Positions 25,216 to 35,109 of a stretch of 64,000 bases of DNA are shown here, one piece after another (position 1 is the first letter of the stretch; every line of letters begins with the position of its first letter). Where the stretch lies: assembly GCA_030141605.1 (NCBI GenBank), contig JAQGDQ010000341.1, positions 62,001 to 126,000 of the forward strand, written 5' to 3'. The position numbers were made by a program, and so were the translations under genes. The notes beneath the pieces are model-generated. The model was not told the DNA's origin. It ran no database searches and worked only from the letters and a program-made list of their open reading frames with translations. The stretch comes from Tubiluchus corallicola. Lineage: Eukaryota; Animalia; Priapulida.

Positions 25216-27753
25216 TTAAGAATCGTTAACAACTGCAATTCCTACTGATATGAATATAGTTTGCAGCACTAAAGCCTCGTTCTGGTGCAATAATGTCCCG
25301 GAATTTACCGAACAATCCTCAAATCCATCTTCTGTCACAGAACAACCAATATCGCTCAGTTTCCAGGGATGGGCCTTTGCCCAGAGCATGCTGCAATTAC
25401 AGTATATAAGATTTCCTGAAAAGCAAGAAATATCTCTGTTAATCTTTGCGGTCACGCAAATTATGAGCGACAGAGTCCAGCAATAGAGAGACAAAAGAGT
25501 GAGTGAGAGTGATGGGGTGAGTGAATAAATGGGTGTGTGTGTGAAATAATAAGCCTTTTCCTTTATTAATAAGGTTTTCCTTTTATTAATAAGGGTTTCC
25601 TTTTAAGCCACCGTGAACATTATGGAGTGATAGGATAAAAAATCTTCCGTTTATAGCTGTAGGCCTATATGTGTGTAGTTGTTATAACTGCAAATTGCAA
25701 AGATCTGTTAAATGTTCATGAAAAAATCTAACAATTTAGAATTTCCGCCATCCTAAATAGATTTTAACAATTTTCTATGAAACTTGTTCATTAGTTTACT
25801 TTTACTACTTTGGGTTTTCTGGTATGGAAGCTAGCACTGGATAACGACTAAAGGTTTTTCATTGATACGTCACAATAAAACTTTATATTATAGTTTTTGT
25901 GTGGCGTTGATGTTTCCTTTAATCAATTCAAAATTGCTGAAGTTTTTTCTGTCATGCATACCGAAAAATTAGTCAGCTTTGGTTTTTTGGAAAAAATTCT
26001 TTTAAAAACAGCTTTTACTTAACTTACTTTTGAATATTTAAAATATTTGAATAATTGTGAACTCACAAGCAATTTCTGGTAGCGCTCGCCTATCTGAACT
26101 CTTATTGTTATGTTCAAACTTCGACGTCCTTTGTAATGTCAAGTCTTACATTAGTGGATCTCCAGTCTTATAAAGTCTGTGAATACTTAAATGTTATTTT
26201 GATTTCAAATAAAATCGCTTTGCATGGAGATAATTCTTAACAACAAAATGTATGTAATTAATAAAAAATCCTTTTTCTTCTTATTGAAATTATGTGACTA
26301 TTTAATTGGTCATTGTCCAGTTTTATAAATAGGGTTATTTAGTTATAGAATTCCTAATATTGCTTCTAAAAGTTTCCAAAAGCTGCTTGTCGAAATTCCA
26401 ATTGAAAATGTTAAGTCATAGTCATTAAGATTTTTCTCAGGAATGCAGCCAAGTTAATGTCTTTGTCCGCGCCAAGGGGGGGTGGGGGTGGGCATACTCA
26501 TTGTCAATTATATTGAATCTCGTGAGATTATATAGTTTTCAGAGAAAGCTACACAGTGAAGAAGTCCGGGAAAAACACGATTTATAACGTACTGTTTTAC
26601 ATCTTGGGATACCTAGCTAAGGTAAAACAGTAGCAGTCGTTAGTTGATACAAAAAAGACTTATTATTAGAGTTTTTATTTTTCTTATGTAGTTATTATGA
26701 CAGGTGAACTGATTATAACTTGTTCACTTGGATGTCTACTATATTAGTAAGTAGGATAGACGATTACCAGCCGAAATTTGAAATTGCCTGAACCGATTTC
26801 TTTCTAAGGAGTCCGTCGGTTTTTGTTCTTTACTGTTGCTATTGTTTCATGTTTAGTTGTGTAATTATTTGCACATAAAGATTGCATGTAAACTGCAGAT
26901 ATCTGCCTGCAGGTTGGTTTATTTAATAATATTTGAAAGTTAATGTCCAACAATGAATTTATAATTACTATGAAAGAAAGATAAACGTGTACTGTAATTT
27001 GCTGGATTAAAATTTGCAAGACAAATGTTTTGCTTAATTAGACAAATTAGTCTTCAATAAAATCAGTTAACAAACCAAGTATTTAAATTCTGTGTTAATT
27101 GGAAGTAATTCTGATTTCTTTATACCTTTTAGTTGGAGAGAAACTGATTCGTAGGGCACGGATAACAATGGTTCGGCCATATAATGCAACGATGTACTTC
27201 GAATCTCAATACCTGTCAGATTTCTGCTTTGTCTAAGGTCTAACGTGCCAATAATTCTCAAACTCCAAGCGCCTATTATGGTAATGTTCACCAAATTCGG
27301 TAGTTTTGAAAATGCTTCATTTGCAATAGAATACAACTCGTGGTTGTCTATTAGCGAGATGCCCTGTACGTTTGAAAGCCCAGTTAATGCGCTTCCGTTG
27401 ATACGCGTCAAACTTGAATTCCGTAAGAATAGAGAAAAGATCATACGTCCATTCTCAATAAAACCATTTGCGGGTAGTGTTTGGAATGTCAAATGAAATA
27501 GTTGTAATACGTATCCGGTTTCTGCATAAGACAAGGAATGTAGAATGTCCTTGAATGTGCGGCGATCAACGAAACCTGTTCCCTGAAGTCCGCAAGTTAT
27601 GAAACAATGATCTTTCCCATCTACAACTTCTGTGCCATAATTGCAGTCTATTATTTTTCTAGTATATTCACACGTAATGTTCTCTTCCTTTCCTTTCGTT
27701 CCAAAAGGTAAAGCTAATAGAAAAATTAGCTGCCAGGTGCTAGTTTTGTCCAT
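25216..27753 (-). CDS. Secreted/GPI-type LRR protein, copy 2 (2 coding exons: 27753-27126, 25415-25216; 275 aa)
   Basis: Signal peptide MDKTSTWQLIFLLALPFGTKG; same cap (CEYTRKIIDC…CFITCGLQG) and LRRs as copy 1; phase-1 donor aaag|gtataa and acceptor ttttcag|ga give LQLKGNLIYCNCSMLW (LRRCT); hydrophobic C-terminus ALVLQTIFISVGIAVV. Confidence 0.87.
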
Positions 27754-28249
27754 GCCTAGTCTTACTGGTAAATTTAGAAAATGATTGAATAAATGAAAGA
27801 AATAGTTTTAGTGCTGCAGCAGCAAAACAGACACCACACTATTACCTCATGGCGATGGTTTTGTAGCTCTTGAAAAACAAATCTGAATAATATAGTGACC
27901 ACATAACTTAGTTACAGTTACCATGGAGCATTGGAGCTCTGGCCTTATCCACTAACCATTGTTAAACCACATCCATAAAAAAGGCAGATCAGACAAGTTC
28001 GCGACTGCTTGCAGTTTTGTTAGGCAACAAGCTTAAGTATGTATTACAAGTGCTTTTATAATAACAATAATAATAACAATAACAAAAATATATAATGATG
28101 ATGTTGATGACGACGATGATGGTGATAAAAAATAATAATAATGTAATGATAATAAAATGGTACTTGTCATGTCCTCCATTCTGTATGAAAGGTCTTTGTT
28201 TAAACGAATGATGCTTTTCGTGTCTTCTATTCAGTATGAAGGGTCCTTG

Positions 28250-28690
28250 TCGAAACTGTTTCAAAACAAAAGGTGTTGCTGTCAATGCCTTCAGTGAATG
28301 AGTAGATTGCATATAACTACACACAACGTTGTCATCCCTAATTTCGGGGACCTCCAATCCTGTGTAACAGAGTGATGAGGCCTTCTTACTGATGAGGTCC
28401 AAAGCTTCCGTCAGATCAATGAAGCCCAAGAATAGCTGACTTTGCTCATTGTTGTACTTGTTTGCAGCTAACGAAATGAAAACACCACATCAATTGTTGA
28501 CCATACTTTCTAAATCCACATTGTGCTTTCACACGTACTCGCTCAGCTTGTTCTCGAGATTAGGTGAGCAAAGGCTTTTCTAAGGATAGCGAGTAAGGGC
28601 ATTTCACTTTGTCCCGACTATTATTACAATCCCTGTGGGGCCCCTTGTTTTTATAGAATATGAAAATGTTTACATTTCTCATGCCTGACG
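28250..28690 (-). mobile_element. RTE (BovB-like) LINE reverse-transcriptase remnant
   Basis: Frameshifted FYKNKG…DCNNSR, QCGFRK, MVFSFR, GFIDLTEALDLIS match RTE RT motifs (YKNKGDRSDCNNYR; FIDLTKAFDLVS). Confidence 0.8.
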
Positions 28691-29804
28691 GACCATCCCT
28701 TTCTCCCATCATTGCTGTAGGAGCTCGTGCAACTATTTCAGTGTCGTTGCTAAGATAAACAGCAATAATGGCAGCAAATTTATATGACAAACAATTCACG
28801 TTATTAGCCATATATGGCAGTCTATGCTAGATCGCATTAGATATTTATAAAGAGACCTGCAATGATATAGCTAACTTGTACGGCACGGTTATACTTAAGC
28901 CAAAATACGTTCGCCATTTCCACATGGACAGATTTCTCAGATTTTGATCTCAGGCAAAGATAATGATGATCATTCATTGCATAAAATGAAACGATTTCAG
29001 CTGGTAAGCCAAAATACTTGTGAATATTTTTAGAAAGAATCTGTTTTACAAAGATGGTAATTTGTAAATGATTCTGAGTAGAGGAGGATTCGAGTTTTAA
29101 TTGTATATTAAATTGCACTCGAAGTTGTTTGAGTTCTGATGTACGGCTTTTCCTTCAAAGATAAAAAGGGACAAAAAAAACGAGGGGCTACGTGTGCGAA
29201 GGAATATTAATGGCATACTAAGTGGCTATATGTGCGAAAGGACACGACACACAGTTTTTCTTTAGTTAGCTGCATATTGTCATTATTACAGTAATTCAAT
29301 GTGAGCACATCGAGGCGTTATACACGGTGCATACAAGTTTTATTGTTGAAAATTTTCAAGAACACTGGAATAAATCCACTTTCCCGGGAACCTTACTTTT
29401 CTTTTAATATTCACCGCAAGCGACGAACCAGTTAGGGGGCTCCATTGTTGTTTGCTCAATTGTTTATTAATTGCTATCACGACTTATGTGCTGACCCTGT
29501 GTGATGACCAAGTGAATTGAATACACACATCACCTGCACGACAAGGTGGTGAAATAAACCATAAATCAGATTTTCAAAAATGCGTTTCAGTTGGCGTAAC
29601 TTAACTACACGTGCAAACTTATATCTGTGTTTCTGGCACTACGAACTTTCAACTTTTTCCTAATATTGGACAGTATTTTTATTATATATTTACCAAACAT
29701 AAGGCCTATCTCAAATGGCAATGAAAAATTGCTAGCTGTTGTCATTAGTGTGGCACCTGTTTACTCACACAGTATAAAGATATTTCTTGAGCCATTTCAC
29801 TAAT

Positions 29805-30632
29805 TCAATAATTAAATAACTTTAAATTAGTTGTAGATTCCTTTATGATTAAAAGAGAAAGAGGTTTATAATCCATTGTCAAGTTTGGCTCTTCCGTCGT
29901 TCGCAGCCCCGTCTCTAGGACAGAAATGTGTCCCATCGTATTTTCTGAGAGGTTAAGATCACAAATCATTGTTAGTTTTGGATAACCCAGTATGAACAAC
30001 GCCTGTAGGTTTGGCAGTCCGGAAAATTCGAACAAGCCATCATTGTCTCGGAGCTATAATATCCAACGGCGTATTAACCAATAGGATAACTAGGCTATAA
30101 CCTAGGGCGCCAAAGTTTGAGGGGCGTCACATTTTAGAAAACATTCTCCTCGGAAAATGTGTGCACTTTCATATTTATGTAAAGGACGCATTTCATAACA
30201 CACTACAGGCAGTTACAAACAGCAGCTTCTATAAGTGCCACATAACGAACAGCTTCCAGGACGTCAGAACAAGCAGCCTATTTGAATATAAGTGCTATGC
30301 AAATACATGTAATCAACACGTGTAAATACACGTAGAGACTGGGTTAATGTTTCTAATACACCACAAGTAATTACTTGATCTGCTCATTACATAAACAATA
30401 ATAAATTCACAATAAAGATGGGTGGGACAGAACTATCAGCCTAGAGCGTCGTAAAGTATTGAGACCCTGATAATATCCTCAGATGCAAGAATGGCTTTAG
30501 GGCTTCCTCGCAGATTACCTTGAGCGTTGACCTGTGCAATTCTCAGAGAATGGGTCAAGCGAGCTTCTCTTATAAAAAGTTCTTGTGATAACACATGAAT
30601 ATCGATACTATAGAGATACAACACGTAATTAT
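29805..30632 (-). pseudogene. Fragmented third paralogue of the LRR family
   Basis: 30630-30525 NYVLYLYSIDIHVLSQELFIREARLTHSL aligns without gaps to copy 2 GYVLQLFHLTFQTLPANGFIENGRMIFSL; 30065-29840 WIL*LRDNDGLFEFSGLPNL…ETGLRTTEEP has a stop, a deletion and no GT at the expected donor; insertions separate the pieces. Confidence 0.75.
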
Positions 30633-31549
30633 TATTATTATAAATCTTTTATTTAGAAATTCATTCCAAATCAAGCCTTCTATTTGCAGGGCAAAAGTTA
30701 CATAGCATTACAAATACAGATTATTATACCTAACTAACAGTTAATATTGTAGTTACAACACGAGTGGGTTAGTTTACATTTAAAAGTTAGTTACAGATCA
30801 TTACATTTATCACACACTCATAAGTATATATACATATATGCTTATGCAATGCAGATGATATATGTGTGTGTGCGTGTGTGTGTATGTGCGTGTGTGTGTC
30901 TATACGCATTATATAAACAGATTTTTTTTTCACAATACTTTTTGTTGTGGCGCTCAAAGTCATGTGGCTTCTCCTTTGTTCAGAATTTAACTCTAAAAGA
31001 TATTTTGTTGGAGGTACCTAACGTGTTCAAGACAGTTCACTCATTTAAATACAACAGAAATACGCGGCAATTCATGTTATATTGTCAATAATTTTACGAT
31101 TTAATGGGCTATCACGCATTTGTCTACATTACGCAAGGCGTCTACATTGTTGTTACTATAATGTACGACATAGCAACAACTCATGTCATACCTATTACTT
31201 ACGTATGCTTGTAACTTAGTTACAGTTTCACTTACATTTCTGGACAGTGATATGACACACGCACAGAATAATTATTCGTTTGCCAGATTTCTTTTTCAAG
31301 GGTTATTTTTCGCTATAATAGTCTTTTCAAGCAGTTATTGAGGCTGTAGATCGTTTTAAAAAGATATAACAAGAACAACAAAGTTGCTCCTTTTAAAATG
31401 CAAGACGAAGTTCCAGTGCGAACAATTCGTAAATATTTACGGCGCTTTTTCAAAAGGGTAAGAGTCAGGATGATTGACATAATCACAACAGGACGTGGGC
31501 AAACTGAAAACGTTAAAGACAACCAACTGCAGGTTATTCGAGCAAACTT

Positions 31550-32010
31550 CTTAAGGGGGGGGTAAAAGTCAAGACATGTGACCTGACCAAATCTGGGATG
31601 CGATCCTATTACATGTCACGATGGGAAGACGTTGACTGTTTATCCTGTATTTGCAGCATTGATGTCGAAGACGCGGAGGCACCTCATGAAACTACTATAA
31701 AACAAGATGCTGACCTGGAGTGTGTCAATCCGTACATTCCTCATGTCGTTCAAATGAAAGTTCCATGGCACGAAGGTTTCCGATTTGACACCAAATCCCC
31801 TCGCCGTCCTGAGCAGAGAGTAGGTCCTCAGGACAATCCCCCACTTTTTGGTAGCGTGGTTGACGTTGCCAACGGGCTGCAAGAACCTCATTGGTCTATA
31901 TTAGTACGGAATCCATCAGACGCAAAAGGAGTTGATGTCTGCAAGCCCATAGGCCACAATTGGGCATGCGAAAAAGCAGCCATGGCTGGCAACGACCTTC
32001 GAATTTCAAT
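31550..32010 (-). mobile_element. Decayed RTE-like LINE 3' portion
   Basis: GC-richer block; minus-strand …VSILFYSSFMRCLRV… resembles RTE VLLYGSE…FxMRCLR. Confidence 0.5.
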
Positions 32011-32610
32011 CATTAAATTTTGCTATTGTAAATAGAGACAGACTGAGTTATATATATATATATAAATATATATATATATTTACCTGCAAGAAATGCATTT
32101 TGTGGTTTGCACTAGGACTTTATTTTTTCCATTAATTACCAAAAGTAATAAATATAAATTGTGGCATACAGATACAAATACTTGATAGTCAAACAGATAG
32201 GTTTGCATACCTTTCAAGTCGCACTGTTTGCCTGTTTGACAATAGTATAAAACAACTAATCTTTTGATATACATGAACCACAGCAGGTCTATTTTTTGTC
32301 AAGACAAAGTTTTTCAAAAATCATTGTTTAAAAAAGGTATTAACTTATATTTCTTGTTTTCTCTTTCTTATTGAGACAAAGATGGCCTCATGTTGTGACA
32401 ATGTATTATCGGCACTGTTTGCGGTAATGGTGTTGCCATCTATAGAAATCATTAATAAACCATTAATCCTGGAACATATAAAACTTTATTCTTTTATGTA
32501 TGAATGCACAGCTTGCAATGGTATTTCTTCTAAAGCAGTGATTCCAAGATTGTCGCAATTGGTCTTTGAAGTATAACTCGAAAGGACTGAATAATCACAA
32601 TTAAGATAAG

Positions 32611-33224
32611 TTATTTTCTGGTGATTAAGTATTCAAGACATCGAAAACTATTATACGTGGATAAGAAGTCACCAGTATATAATTGTAATAATAATTTATT
32701 GCATGATTTTCCTAAACCTTGCACAGGTATGAAATTGTGATTATAACTGAACAAAGTGGGCCATTTCACTATGTCTTGTGACATCTGATTACAGTGAATC
32801 AAAATGCAAAGTAGATTTAATTATTATAATAGCCATTTTCTGTACAAAAATATTACCTGTCCAATCCAATGACTAGTCTTTCCTTAATGGAAGTAACACG
32901 ATGGAAACTCGGTCGATTTATTTTCTGGTGATTAAGTATTCAAGACATCGAAAACTATTATACGTGGATAAGAAGTCACCAGTATATAATTGTAATAATA
33001 ATTTATTGCATGATTTTCCTAAACCTTGCACAGGTATGAAATTGTGATTATAACTGAACAAAGTGGGCCATTTCACTATGTCTTGTGACATCTGATTACA
33101 GTGAATCAAAATGCAAAGTAGATTTAATTATTATAATAGCCATTTTCTGTACAAAAATATTACCTGTCCTATCCAATGACTAGTCTTTCCTTAATGGAAG
33201 TAACACGATGGAAACTCGGTCGAT
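32611..33224. repeat. Near-perfect 307-bp tandem duplication
   Basis: 32611-32917 matches 32918-33224; I see one mismatch (ccaatcc vs cctatcc); identical 63-aa ORFs in the track. Confidence 0.97.
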
Positions 33225-33983
33225 AGGTGTAGCTAATTACAGCTTGTATTTTCTAAACCTAATAAAATGATGTGCAGTGATGGTAATGTCACTAGTGTGT
33301 CATTAATTTGAAACTCATTTCATTGGTCATCTTTCGTAAAACTTCATTGCTATCACAGGTCTAGCGAGGCGTTGTTATAAATAAAGTGATTTGAAAGAAC
33401 TAAGAGCAGGAAAAACCAATAAGATTGCGGTTATTGTTTGATGCGAAATTGTCGTGCTTTAACATATTAACTTTCTTAACACAATGATATAATTACACTG
33501 GATTGTCTATGCATTAAGATACTTCACAAGTCTCATCGTCCCATAGTATTACGTAAAGTTCTTGAAACGACAAGAAAGCCGAAAAGGGGTTAGCTAGTAA
33601 CCTATATAGTTATACTACAAAAGGTTTTTTCAAATTTACAATTCTAGATTTGAGGATGATGCTACGTGGGCAATAGAGGGGGATAAGAGTGCCTGACATC
33701 AACAGGCAGGGTTTGCCTTAATCTAGAACGTTTAGGTATGTAAACGGCGACGAACCATAAACCAGACTAATTTATGTGCTTTCAAAATTCCAAATAATCA
33801 TAGGATACTGGTAGTGCATAACAATTATTTACAAAATTTACACAAGAGCATTATAGATAAGAATGTTATTACATTTACAATACCAAAATTGCCTAACATG
33901 ATAGCTTGAGGTTGGTGCCTAGGTGATTGTTTTATATTAATATTAACTGATTACTTTATAAACTTTGAGTTGGGGGATGGCAA

Positions 33984-34694
33984 GGCGCTATTACACTTTC
34001 TCACCGCCTAGCTTTTTATAGGTTATTACTCGTTTTTAGGCTCGTAAGTCATCATTCTATTATTCTTACGTCATCAGTGAATGTTTCCGCTAATCTAATT
34101 GTAATTTAATAACATATTTAGGTATAATTACCAATAATTACGCTGTATTCACAGTTCTACGCCTATACAGGGCGTATCACCATCTTGTTTGTGTATGTAG
34201 TTACGTGACTAGCTTAAAAGGCACGTGACACACTTTCATCTTCACTGCATTTACGAAATAAAGAAAAAACCTTAACTTTTTTTATAATCTAATAGTAATA
34301 ATACTGCAGTAATAAATAAATTTAATGATAAATAACTGTTCCGTTCCAGGCCCACCCGCGATACGATACAAACTCCCGTGGCTGCAACCCTAATAATCAT
34401 AAATTATGCGAAGAAACTAAAAATACAGGTTAAGGGCCACACACGTCACTGCGCGAGAGCGATTGCGCATCAGTGGTGTAAACACGGTTATTCACGTGCA
34501 GCTTTTAATGGCGGCGATAGGTAAGTAATGCATGATTTTAATCTGATTTTAATCTGGACTTATAAAGCGTAAGAAGCAATAATATTATGGGAATATGGTG
34601 TATATTACGCCTGTTGGTCTGCTTTCTGGCCTGCAGGCGTGAAAACAACCAATACGCCAGGAAAAGCTAGGCGGTGCGAAAGTGTAATAGCGCC
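33984..34694. mobile_element. Mutator-like (MULE) non-autonomous element
   Basis: 33-bp TIR GGCGCTATTACACTTTC(T/G)CACCGCCTAGCTTTT with one mismatch, extending imperfectly; perfect 9-bp TSD GGATGGCAA (33975-33983, 34695-34703). Confidence 0.88.
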
Positions 34695-35109
34695 GGATGG
34701 CAATGTTTGGTAACTGTAGGATATATTTAAGTGGTCTGACAAATATCCATTGATGATTTATATAATGTGATGCCCAGAATAAACAAATTTAAATAAAAAA
34801 CCTTATTGAATTAAGCCTGAGAATGTCTGCGTCATTTCTACTTTCTATATTATAGGCTGAATAAAACTTTATATAAACGGTAAAGCCCTTGAGCCTAGAA
34901 CAGGTTCAGTTGCGGTTGTACTGCAAATTAATTTAGCAAGTATAACTTCTAGACTACCTGTCTAATGGCAGACAAAAGTGCATGGCATCGGCAGGTGCGA
35001 TGAGTGTTTATTACTAAGGGCACTTAGTGAACATCATCTAAAATTCTCAATGATTTCTTTTCTTAAATGTGCATATAAATTTTATTTAGAATTTTGGTAG
35101 ACAATCATT

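Noticed and set aside
28700-29118. Possible further LRR remnant (VFWLKYNR…; AVYLSND)
   Set aside because: Similarity is too weak to separate from chance without a profile search
31598-32035. 145-aa + strand ORF
   Set aside because: Better explained as the antisense of a decayed RTE-like LINE
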